From Octopus sinensis (Eukaryota), in NCBI RefSeq assembly GCF_006345805.1, contig NC_043000.1, forward strand, positions 78,864,001 to 78,928,000: a stretch of 64,000 nucleotides of DNA. The letters are read 5' to 3'. Positions 52,483-64,000 of the stretch are shown here, one piece after another. A model generated the notes under the pieces. The model saw only the letters and a program-made list of their open reading frames with translations. It made no database searches and was not told where the DNA came from. A program made the translations under genes and the position numbers. How positions within the stretch are numbered: the first letter of the stretch is position 1; each line of letters opens with the position of its first letter.

Positions 52483-53798
52483 AACTAACAACACACACTC
52501 AATGAAGACTGGCATTGGCAGCTCTTCTTTTTTCTCTACATTGTATACTTTATAGACAATAGTCTTTTCTTTTATTTTATTTTTTATTATCCATCTGGAC
52601 TATTCCGTTTCTGCACGCTAATTATATTTTTAATTTATCCCCATTCATGTGAAACCACTTATTCAAGTTCAAATCATTGATGCAATTTTATACCAATTGT
52701 TATTTTTAATTTTGCATGTTACGATTATATTATACTTTAGTTTGATTTTAATTATTACTTACTACATATAATTCAATTGTTATTATTATTTTTATTGTTA
52801 AAGTGAACGCATCTGACATAAAATAGAGAAATATTTTTGTTTCACTTTTAACACGTAATGCTGGAATAGTGAAGATATGATATTGCTATGGGCTCACTCT
52901 AGGCAAGAAGTTGGACATTTTTTTTCCCATAAAACTACATGGACCCTAAGTAAGTCATGTGTAAAATTTGAATGAAATTGGTTGTGTAGTTCTCAAGTAT
53001 TAGGGAAACACACAGACAGACAGACAGACACACACACATTCTCAGTTTTATATATATAAAGATATATACTATGGATTTCGTGATATCCAACCGGTTTTCT
53101 CTATTTAAATTAGCTTCACAAGGGACATTGTGAAGTAATCATTTCTTATGAAAAAGGAGTCTCGCTATTTTGGATACTTGAAAAGTAAGAATGAGTCTAG
53201 ATAGTGGACAAACGGAGGCAACAGGTGGCAAGGGGTACAACTAACTCTTCAGTATAATTGTTGAAATAGAAATGTGTAAGGATCAGATGGTCAAGTTTGT
53301 ATATGAAGGTGTTGTCTGTACTTTTCTATGAAGAGATTTTCCTTGTTTAGGCTTCTTGTAAGGAGATTGAATCTTTGCATTGGTATAATGGGGAAATATG
53401 AAAATTCGGTGATTTCTCTCTTGCGTATATGTCAATATGTTCGCTCGAGGCTATCTGCCCGTATTGAATGAAACAAATCTGTTCTTTATGCAGACTCATT
53501 ATATTGTTCTTCTTCAGTCTTTCCCTTGTTTGCATTATCCTGTAAATTAAAGGTAAGTCCATATTGCAATACCGTTGTCACCATTATATTGTTCTTTTTC
53601 AGTCATTTGATTGTGGCCATGCTAGTGCAAAGCCTTTAGTCGAGCAAATCGACCCCAGGAGTTATTCTTTGTAAGTCTAGTACTTATTCTATCGGTCAAG
53701 TGGTGGTTGTTGTCTGTGGCTTTATTTTTTACAAACAGGGAATCTTCACTGGATTCAGGATGTTGGTCTGCGTGCGGTTCATCAATATTTTTCAAATT

Positions 53799-54206
53799 AA
53801 GTGAAAATTTTTTCTCATTGTGAGAAGTACAGTTTGGGGACGAATCCTTCAACCAAAAGTTGTTCACTTTTTAATAGTGTGTGTTTTTACAACATTTTCC
53901 ATTTATTGGAAAGCTGTACTTCAAGTGTTCACATGAAGTGAAATTTTTTTCTCATTGTGAGAAGTACAGTTTGGGGACGAATCCTTCAACCAAAAGTTGT
54001 TCACTTTTTAATAGTGTGTGTTTTTACAACATTTTCCATTTATTGGAAAGCTGTACTTCAAGTGTTCACATGAAGTGAAATTTTTTTCTCATTGTGAGAA
54101 GTATAGTTTGGTAACGTATCCTACCACCAAAAGTTGTCTGCTGTTTGTAAATAGAGTGTATTTTTAAAAGTACGTTTACCAATAATTGGAAAGCTGTATT
54201 TCAAGT
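53799..54206. repeat. Tandem repeat, ~137-bp unit, 3 copies
   Basis: AAGTGAAA.TTTTTTCTCATTGTGAGAAGTA recurs at ~53799, 53936 and 54073. Confidence 0.9.
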
Positions 54207-55669
54207 GGAGCAGTCCAGGTTCTAATCGGAGCACCATAGGGCTTGGAGTACCTGAATGCCCAGAAAATTTTTTGCTGTGTTTTGTTGAACTGTTGTTTTC
54301 TTCTTCTATTGGGACTTTCTTATTGAACTGTTTGCTTTTTCTCTTCTTCCCTTTTATTTCCTTTTGATTTCTCTCTTTTCTTTGAGGGTAAAGAAATTTT
54401 GTTTCTTCCCACTTATTGTAGGAAAAAATTGACGAGTGCTTCGGTCTCTTGTTTACCACCTAGTGGATAGAGGATACACTTTGTCGGGGTCTGTGTGGCA
54501 CACGGAGCCAGGTTCCTCAATGTGAAATTCTTTCTGCGGCTGATTGGGTTGGGTCAAAAGCTGTTTTGACCCAGTGGATCCAATCAGCCATGAATCTTGT
54601 TATGCCATATTTTATATAAATGGCCGTGTGCAGGTACCCGGTGATTCTTGAGGGTCGCCACCCTCCAGGTGCCATAGGTGCCTGGAGCCTGACCATATAA
54701 AGAAAAACTTCCTCGGGTACAAAGCAATGTCCTGGAGCAGTTGATTGAGACCTCTGTAGAAGAAGGAGCGAAGGCGGCCAAGGAAACGGAGGACTTCTCA
54801 AACAAGGGCCTCAAGAGGAAGGAGGTGAGCAACAATGGGTGTTCACCGAAGGATCCTAGGGATGAGGGAGGGGACGCGAATCTCCCGGTCATAGAGGAGA
54901 TACATCCTCCCTCAGTTGAGAGAAAAGCAAGACGAAGAGGAAGAGAAACGGGACGTGTAGCCGGCAGTCTGTGACATAGCACCGGAATGTCCTGGAAACT
55001 TGCCGGTATGGGTTGTGCCACCGGCAGGGGAAGAGACACCGTTGGGGGGAATTGTGCTGCCAATGGTAGAATTGACTGCCTCGAACCCGGAGAGAAAGGA
55101 ACTATCGGTTTTCTTCTACAAAGGCGGAGAGGTACAAGAGGTTGTGGAAAAGCACCATAAGGGAGTACCTTCACACAGATTCCCGAATGGCCTCCGCAGA
55201 TAACTGTGGAGGTCATAAAGTTGCCCGTGACGTATAGACTGCAGGGACTCAATGAGGAATAACGCTTGTGGCCGGGCGATGCCGACTCGGATCCTACCTT
55301 GGTCTTGAATGAGGCGTGGGTGATGGCGGAGTAAACGGGCACAAGCGATGTTGGGGAGGAATAGTGACAAGAGGTTGAAAAGCATCAGTGTTATATGTTT
55401 ATTGCATGCTGTTGTGTTTAAAAAGGTTAACGCTCCAATTCTTAAATGGACTATTAGTCCCAAAATTGTAAAACTCTAGTAAAAGGTTCATTACCTTGTT
55501 TTCTCTTTTTCTGTGAAAAAAGAAGGGAATAATGTTTTAGAGAAGCAAAAATCGGTGGGCGTGATTTCTTTTCTCCCATTAAAATCATCCTTTTCATCAT
55601 TCACCTCATCAATGTCTTTGTCCAGCCTTAAAGCTGCTCTGTATCGTGCTTATATGGCAAACTTTTTTG

Positions 55670-56040
55670 AAAAGTAGCTTGCTTACTAATCACATGGTTC
55701 CGGGTTCATTCTCACTGCGTGGCACCTTGGGCAAGTGTCTTCTACAAGCTCGGGTCGACCAAAGGCTTATGAGTGGATTTGGTAGACGGAAACTGAAAGA
55801 AAATGGTCTTATATATGTATAATATATATATATGTATATATATGCATGTGTGTGTATATGTTTGTGTGTCTGTGTTGCTCGCCCTAACATCGTTTGACAA
55901 CCAATGGTGATGTGTTTACATCTACGTAACTTAGAGGTTCGGCAAAATAGACCGATAAAATAAGTACTAGGCTTACAAAGAATAAATCCTGGGGTCGATT
56001 TGCTCGACTAAAGGCGGTGCTCCAGCTTGGCCGCAGACAA
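55670..56040 (+). mobile_element. tRNA-derived CORE-type SINE with microsatellite insert
   Basis: GGGTTCATTCTCACTGCGTGGCACCTTGGGCAAGTGTC and GGATTTGGTAGACGGAAACTGAAAGAA. Confidence 0.65.
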
Positions 56041-57641
56041 ATTAAAACTGACTTCCGGTTAGGCGGGACTTCTCCGAAGCACGAGTTCACCGACGGCTCT
56101 CACCCTCATGTGTTTCATTAAATGTAACTACATAAATCTTTCACCCACACACTCTGGTGCCCCGTTGATTTCTTTTGTGTAAAGCTTAACTAAAGCTATA
56201 AATGTAAGATCCAAGGATTGATGTGTATAAAGAAAGTGAGCTTGAAGCAATCTGTCGAAAAACTGAACGATTGAAAAATCGAGAGAAAACAAAGAGAGAA
56301 GAAAGTGATATCCACACCAACTTGTATCAAAATGTGTATGCTGAATAACATGCTAAGTTGTGTGTGGGACATGAAGGCATGGATGTGCATGATCGCCAAC
56401 TTTTGTAGCATGGCAAATGAAAAGAGAGACGAAGACACAAGACAATATACAAAATGGTCTTCATCTTGCTCAAGGTTTACAACAAGCCAATAATGTAACG
56501 TTTAACACCCTAACTGCATCTTCAGATATTTACAATACATAGTTATTGTAAACAGTATATAGTGATTATGTAGAGATATCAGAAACAACCTATGTCGAAT
56601 ATATAGAAGTATATCAATATTATATTGATGATAAGATATACAAAAGACCATCACTAATGTAAAGGAAGACAAATGATTAAAAGGAAGTAAATGATTAACA
56701 ATTTCGGAGATACTGTTCTCCAACATAGACATCTAATGGATATTGAAGAAATGTTAGGTATATTGAATACATGTTAGGTACTGAGGAAATGTTAGAAAAT
56801 GTTAGTTATGATCCTATGCACTATATACAGTTGTTTGGATAGATAGTAAAAGAAAAAATCCAGATGAGTTGAATTATATTCAAGAGAGAATAGTTTTAGT
56901 TAATAATCTCAGTACATGAGAAAACTAATGATTGAACCCTGGTTCAGTGTGTTCATAGAAAGAAAAATGTAATTATTGAGAAAGGAAGGAATTCTAAACT
57001 AGCAGCATATATATTGGAATAATTTCTGAATCTGTTTCTGTGCAGTCACGCAGTCTAAACAAAAAAAGAAACGATTACCTACAAACTGACAGGGGATAGT
57101 GTAGAGCTTGAAACCTGAGAATATGGTACAAATCATGATGGCAATACAAAAAATATATCCTAGAATTCTGTTTCAGAAGATGGTTTTAGGCAGAATTATT
57201 GTTGATATAAAAGTGTTCAGTTAAAAATCTGTTCAACAAAAACAACATTCCTTAAAAATGAAACTGTTGTCTTTGATTTACTTGTGAAAAGACATTTGTA
57301 CCTAAACTAAATTATTCATTTCGAGTTGGGCGTGAGTTTTTAATGTCCGCAGTGTTTGAAAAAATGTTCTCAGGAGTTGTATGAAAACTGTATACTTCAA
57401 TAATTAATTTATAACCGCTTTACTGTCTGTGAACACATTAAGTAACACGTGAGTTTAACATAATTTAATATTGAATGCATTTGTAAAACATAACAAGGGA
57501 AAAGATCCACCCATTTTAAAATAGATTACGTTGGGTGGTGGGTAGATATGTTATTTTTATATATTGAGTTGATGTGAATATTCAGCTAAATCATTTGTTG
57601 TTTTTCTTTTCTTCATGAAATTGATCACGTTTATTAAGCAT

Positions 57642-57649
57642 TATATAAA
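57642..57649 (+). promoter_or_regulatory. Candidate TATA box of the cysteine-rich gene
   Basis: TATATAAA 96 nt upstream of ATG 57738, with no intervening ATG. Confidence 0.5.
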
Positions 57650-57737
57650 GAGTTTTTCTGAGACGTTTGTCAAACTTCTCCTTGTTTCGGAAAACAACTG
57701 TCACCAAACTCCCGCAGGCTGAAAGAAACTGGCCGTC

Positions 57738-57795
57738 ATGCTGTACCAATTGTTACTAGTAATAATAGCTCTTTCGTGTGTGAATAGCTACAAAT
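57738..57795 (+). CDS. Exon 1 (signal peptide) of secreted cysteine-rich repeat protein
   Basis: MLYQLLLVIIALSCVNSYK plus 1 nt, then GTAAGT; phase 1 matches the acceptor at 61744. Confidence 0.75.
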
Positions 57796-57964
57796 GTAAG
57801 TAAATTATACTGCTCTACATTTTTCATTTCTGGTACTTTCTAGTTAGTTATTTTGTTAAATTTATCAACGGTTGGGTTAATGCAATTTACTTAAAATCAC
57901 CAACACGATATCTATCTATCTATCTATCAATCTATCTATCTATCTCTCTCTCTATATATATATA

Positions 57965-58314
57965 GTGGAACTCCGTCGGTTTCGACGTCGAGGGTTCCAG
58001 TTGATCCGAGTAACATAACAGCCTGCTCGTGAAATTAACATGCAAGTGGGTGAGCACTGCACACAGACGTGTGGCCTCAACGTAGTTCTCGGGAAGATTC
58101 AGCGTGACACAGAGTGTGATAAACCTGGCCCTTTGAAATACAGGTAAAACAGAAACAAGAAGGAAGAGTGTGAGAAACTTGTGGTGAAAGAGTACGGAAC
58201 GTCGTGGAGCTTTAGCTGTTTTCGCTCAACAAACACGCACAACGCCTGGAATCGAAACCACGATTCTACGACCACGATCCGCTGTCGTATCCACAGGGCC
58301 ATTGCACATCTACC

Positions 58315-58315
<1 letters not shown>
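57965..58315 (-). mobile_element. Intronic SINE remnant
   Basis: GCCTGCTCGTGAAATTAAC, GATTCAGCGTGACACAGAGTGTGA and a B-box-like GGAATCGAAACC in antisense. Confidence 0.55.
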
Positions 58316-58356
<41 letters not shown>

Positions 58357-59304
58357 TATATATACAAAGGGGTTTGTATGATTGTGTATAGAAGAATAGA
58401 TTACTCAAAGGAATTCCAACTCTGTCTATGTTTTATTTATATTCTTTTAATATTAATATAGGATATAGAATATATAGTAAGAAAGAAATGAAATGAAGTA
58501 TTGATTGTCTGATTGAGCAAATGAAATATTGATTAGTAAATATTAATAGAGAATAGTCATTTAATATTTAAAATATAGCACTGGCAAACCGCAGGTAGAG
58601 TAACATGCTTTAGTATTATTAAAGCTGCAAAAACAGCAAGAAAACCTGCTATTCAGAGTTTCACGTTCTCGCTCGTCTGACGGTTTAGACTGAGAATCTA
58701 ATATTCTCAAATTCTCAAAGTAAACTAAGCGACGAACGTGTACATGAAACATTTGAGTAGCAGATAGTTTCTGATATTTTTCTGACGTTTTGCTGTTTAA
58801 TAATAATAATAATATTAATAATAATGAAAATGATAATAATAATAATATATGTGTGTGTGTGTGTCCTTGTGTGTTACGTTTATCAGGATGGTGTGTACGT
58901 GTATGTGTTGTGTATGCGTGTACATACTGTGCGTAGTTATACTGGGTATGCGTTTGTGTGTGTGTGTGTGTGTGGGTGTGGGTGTGGTTCATGTATTTTT
59001 CGGGGGTGTGTGCATGTGTGTGTCTATGTACATGTGTTATATTTCTGTGCTGTGTGTGCGTCTACGTGCTGGTGTATTTGTGTATGTGTGTACCTGTGAG
59101 TTTTTGTTGTGATTGTTGGAATTGTATTGCGTGTGTATATGTGTGTGCTTCTTCTTTGTGTGTCTGTGTGTTTTTACTGGGGAATGGGCATATTGTGATC
59201 ATTCCTCTAAAGTCCTTATAAATAATTATCATTTCTAATGAACATTTGACAAAGCAATACACGCTTTCTCCTATCAAATAAAATAAATGCGCCCATTTAA
59301 AGCC

Positions 59305-59530
59305 TAGCAAGGCTCATGGACCCGGTTTCCCGGTTTCTATGGCGTATGTGTTACCCAGCTGGACGGGACGCCAGTCGATCACAGCGTTCTTCATTTTTGC
59401 CAGCTCTGTTGACTGGACGCAACGTGAAATGAAGTGTTTTGCTCAAGAACACAACGCGTCGCCCGGTCCAGCAATCGAAACCACAATCTTACGATCATGA
59501 TGCTGACACCCTAACCACTAAGCCACGCGT
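59305..59530 (-). mobile_element. Intronic tRNA-derived CORE-type SINE
   Basis: Minus strand GTGGCTTAGTGGTTAGG (A box), GGTTTCGATTGCT (B-box-like), TCTTGAGCAAAACACTT. Confidence 0.7.
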
Positions 59531-59631
59531 TTCCACCTACTATCAAATACTGTCTACAAAATCTTTCTGTATATATGCTACGATTTCTTTGAACTTATAA
59601 AAAGTTATGATTTCTTATGAAATATAAACAA

Positions 59632-60760
59632 CTATCTTAATGTGACCCGCTCTACGTGCGGGTAAGAGTGTGGTTGTTACTTTCTGTTGCTTCCTTTGTT
59701 TGGTTGTTACTGCCTGATATTTATGATTGATCTTTCAAAATATTTTTCTTTCTCAACTTACTCAAGATCTTTTGTTGTTTAAACATGGGAGAGAGGTAGA
59801 TAGAGAAAGATAGAGAGTAAGAGAAAGCTAGGGAGAGTCCGAGAGAAACCAAAACCAAACAAACAAACTTTTCGCAAAGGTGACCCGCTCAACGCGCGGG
59901 TAAGAGTGTGGTTCTTACTTTCTGTTGCTTCCTTTCTGTTTTTATCACCGCATTCTCCCTCTATGTTTCTCTCTCCTTATTCTCTCACTTTCCCACTCTC
60001 TTACTCTTCCTTTCTCTCGGACTCTCCCTAGCTTTCTCTTACTCTCTATCTTTCTCTATCTATCTCTCTCCCATTTATAAACAACAAAAGATCTTGAGTA
60101 AGTTGAGAAAGAAAAATATTTTGAAAGATCAATCATAAATATCAGGCAGTAACAACGGAACGGTCTGCTTCAAGGCAGACAGCAAAACACTAACATTTAA
60201 AAGGGACAGACGAACTTACGAGCTGAATAAAAAAAATATTGGAAACCACAGTTTGAAGGGATAGAATCTGAGGATAGTAGAGTCGTCATGGCTGGCATTT
60301 CTTAACGACGGACAGCAACGTAGTGGCAGTTTAACGGCTGGCGTAAAATTTTGAACTTGATGTAAAAGAAAATTCCTAAACACCAAGCTTTGAAGTGATT
60401 CTTTCTCACGACAGTAGACTCACCATGGCAAGCATTCAAAACTTCTTCATCATGGACGGCATCACATTGACGATTGAAAGGATGGCGCAAATTTTTTAGC
60501 TTGATGTAACCGACAATTCTTAAACACCCGCTCCTGTAAATTTTAATCCCCTTCCAGCCCCATTTAGACCTCTTTTCACATTTTGGTTAATATAACCCGA
60601 TTTCATTCGGGTCTACCCGGGCCACATTTTATAAGATGAGGAATTTTGTCCTAGAGGTCACGCCTTTCATTAGAGGAAAAAAATAGTTATCATGTAAACT
60701 CGCCAGCACTGTTAACATAGGTGTGCATATTTTCAGCACAACCGACCACATAATGCGCAC

Positions 60761-60815
<55 letters not shown>

Positions 60816-60973
60816 GCATTATATAGGGATTTCTAACCTAGCCCACTCGAATCCTCACCTCATTTTACATGTCCCTGTAAATTTTGGAGTCAATCCGACG
60901 GGATCTAGTGTCCTTTAACCCGTTCCAATGCCAAAACCAGACAAACAGACTTTTCACATTTCAGATTTATAGA
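59632..60973 (-). mobile_element. Probable Helitron with internal inversion-duplication
   Basis: A|TCTATAAATC at 60973; hairpin ACCCGC...GCGGGT twice (~59645, ~59883); degenerate ATAG|T end. Confidence 0.5.
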
Positions 60974-61266
60974 TATTGATTATGATTATGATTCTTATGA
61001 ACTAGTTTGCCTATTTTGAACACTTTTACCTAATCTGTTTAGACAAAGCCTCTCTTGATATTTTCCTATCTTCGTCAAATATTCTATTTCTTAACATTTT
61101 CTTATCATTGTCAAAGACTCTATCACTGTATTTTAATGCATCTATGTTAACTAAATTTTAACACCATAAAGGTTATACAAAGCCTTTTGATAAGCTTTTT
61201 TGTAAAAAAATTGAAACCGGCCAATAAACATCTTTAAAGACCTCTGCATTTTCAAATTCTCTTCCC

Positions 61267-61312
<46 letters not shown>

Positions 61313-61358
61313 ACTGTGTGTATGTGTGTCTGTATGTACTTATGGATGTATGTATAAA

Positions 61359-61389
<31 letters not shown>

Positions 61390-61571
61390 GTATATGTGTG
61401 TGTGTATGTGTGTGTATGTATATATAAATGTGTGTATATATATATGTATATATATATATATATATAAATATATATATGTATATATGTTTACATACCCGTA
61501 CCTGCATATTCAAGTACGTCCATGTATATACATATGTTGTATGTATGTATGTATTTATGTATTCATGTGTG

Positions 61572-61623
<52 letters not shown>

Positions 61624-61744
61624 GTGTATGTCTGTATGTCTGTATGTATGTGAGGAATTACTTTAGAATATACATATTCATTTACAGTAGTTAACTCTTC
61701 TGTGGTTAATTGATATAATTATCAGTTGATGTTTTCCTTTACAG

Positions 61745-63561
61745 ACGAATGTACACATAATGGAAAGAGGTATGGAGGAAGATTCAAGATCGACTGCAAC
61801 ACGTGTGTATGTGGTGAATATGGCAAAGCAGTCTGTACAAATTTGCGTTGTGATTACGGGCAGGAATCTACTTGTATCTATCAAGGTAGACGTTACAGAT
61901 TAGGAGAGACATTCCAGCAATCCTGTAATACCTGTGAATGCAAACACGGTGGTCAGGTACAATGTAGCAACAAAGACTGCACGAAACGATGTACTTACAA
62001 CGGAAAGGTATACCAAGAGGGTGAAGAATTCCAAGACAAATGTAATAGATGTAAATGTCTTTCTTCTGGCTATATTCAGTGTACTAATAACGTGTGTCAG
62101 TGCCAGTATAATGGTAAAGACTACGACGTTGGAGTGAGTTTCAATGATGGTTGTAAGACTTGCACCTGTCAAACTACAGGAACAGTGCAGTGTAACAGTG
62201 ATAGATGTGGCTGTTATTACAAAAAATCACAATATCAAGAGGGTCAAACTCTCACCGACGCTTGCAACACTTGCCGTTGTATAAACGGACAAGTAGATTG
62301 TACAACAAGAGTCTGTCAATGTACTTACCAAGGACGGACCTATAATATTGGCCAAAGATTTGGTGAATGTGATGAATGTCAATGTTTGTTTAGTGGTACA
62401 GTCCAGTGTTCTAACAAGCGATGCAAATGCATTTATAACGGAAATACCTACCGAATTGGAGAAACATTTCCAAACGGCTGCAATACATGCACGTGTAAAA
62501 TTGATGGTAGTGTAGACTGCACTACAAATCCATGTACCTGTACATACAAACACAGGGTTTATAATATGGGACAGACATTCACTGATGACTGTAATACTTG
62601 TACATGCCAACATAACGGTCAAGTTGCGTGCACACATAGAATGTGCAAATGTAGTTATAACAACCAGTTTTATAATATAGGTCAAACATTTAGAAAGGGG
62701 TGTAATACGTGCACATGCCAAGCCGATGGTACCGTAGACTGCACTACAAATCCATGTACCTGTACTTACAATCATAAAGTTTATAATATCGGACAGGCAT
62801 TCACTGATGACTGTAACACTTGTACATGTCAGCATAACGGACAAGTAGAGTGCACATATAAAACGTGTCGATGTACACGGAAAGGACGGTCTTATAAAAT
62901 TGGTCAGACATTTCACGAAGATTGTAACCAATGCCAATGTTTATCAACTGGATATGTTCAATGTACAACCAAAGTTTGCAAATGTACTTACAACAACCAG
63001 CTTTATAATGTAGGTCAAACATTTAGACAAGGTTGTAATACATGTACGTGTGAAGTGAACGGTAGAGTCAGCTGTACTAATAACCCTTGTAATTGCTTAT
63101 ACAATGGAAACACATACGGAATAGGGGATTCATTTAGAAAGGATTGTAACAAGTGCACATGCAAAGCCGATGGTACTGTAGACTGCACTACAAATCTATG
63201 TACCTGCAATTACAACGGCAAGCATTACGACATTGGTTCTATATGGTATAATGATTGCAACAAATGTCAGTGCACTTCTGAGGGAAGGGTGGTTTGTGAA
63301 CAGAATACATGCACGAAACCCTGTATACACAAAGGAAAAACCTATTCTGCTGGCGAAACATTTAAAGATGACTGCAACACCTGTACATGCGGACAGTTTG
63401 GTCAAGTATCCTGTACTAAAATGTACTGTCCCCCAACTACATGCCAATATTATGGGAAAACTATCCCAGATGGAAAAACATTTATGACTCAAGATAGATG
63501 CAATGTTTGTCGATGTTCAAATGGAAATGTCAAGTGTACCAAATACGATTGTTATAAAGAG
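61745..63561 (+). CDS. Exon 2 of a secreted protein with 16 tandem six-Cys VWC-half/pacifastin-like repeats (kielin/chordin-like); gene probably continues past the window
   Basis: Acceptor TTTTCCTTTACAG at 61744; open 1.8-kb frame of C-x-Y-x5-G-x2-F-x3-CN-x-C-x-C-x3-G-x-V-x-CT-x3-C-type units; donor GAG|GTGAGT at 63561. Confidence 0.92.
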
Positions 63562-64000
63562 GTGAGTAAAGTTTTCTATTAGTTTTGATCTCCCTAATAT
63601 AACGTGTCTCATCCTTATATAGTTAGTCATTGTAAACAGAGAAAACAACAAAGAATTGAATAATGTTTAGCATAAACATTGCAATGCTCTCACTGCACTA
63701 CACTCTACTACATTGTCGTACAAACAAAATTGTATCAGCGATTCGATTTCTGTCTTTATTTGAAGTAGTTCAATTTCATTGACCCTACCATTATCTTGAA
63801 GAAAGCCAATGTTCTCTTCATTGTAAACACGAGATTTTGTATATCTGCATATATTCATCATGTATATGAAAATTATTAACTTTCAACGTTTCAACTAACT
63901 TTATTGCTACTCTTGTGAAATCAACAGACTAGCTTTCACATTGAATCATCATTGTAAGTAGAATTGCGATACAGAATTGTAAATTTGCTATATATTATCT

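Larger units (their letters stand above)
44788..53062 (-). mobile_element. ~0.75-kb non-autonomous Helitron expanded by nested LINEs A', D and E
   Basis: A|TCTTTATATATATAAAAC at 53062; hairpin ACTCGGCAACGACGGGT and CTAG|T at 44788; pairing of the two ends is inferred. Confidence 0.62.

Noticed and set aside
53799-54206. Regular repeats as a possible CRISPR-like array
   Set aside because: Whole 137-bp units repeat with no unique spacers; eukaryotic context
54584-55342. 252-aa minus-strand ORF as a host gene
   Set aside because: Non-ATG start, Pro/Ser-rich antisense shadow of a purine-rich strand, no domain
61726-61744. ORF-track start MMFSFT for the cysteine-rich protein
   Set aside because: This is the intron polypyrimidine tract and acceptor; the real start is probably ATG 57738
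61900-63492. Antisense ORFs over the cysteine-rich exon
   Set aside because: Shadow frames of a repetitive coding sequence

Overview
Eukaryotic, microsatellite-rich, repeat-dominated DNA; the SINE and Helitron motifs suggest an octopus or other cephalopod (inference). Bases 1-~17.8 kb recur inverted at ~29.5-47.4 kb, starting right after a 100-N scaffold gap, so this may be a second haplotype rather than a real palindrome. The window holds two nests of decayed Tx1/L1-clade LINEs, each stacked head-to-tail at one site inside another small mobile element. Elements B and C sit at TTCATCGAAAACCGGTG, between a TATA/initiator-like promoter and a type I hammerhead ribozyme of a ~355-nt retrozyme/Penelope-like unit. 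Element A and two ORF1-only derivatives (D, E) sit inside a non-autonomous Helitron. Four hammerheads of three sequence families are visible. There are also Penelope-like remnants, an R4/Dong-like fragment, several Helitrons and SINEs. The only host gene starts at 57738: a secreted protein with 16 tandem six-cysteine VWC/pacifastin-like repeats in one exon.
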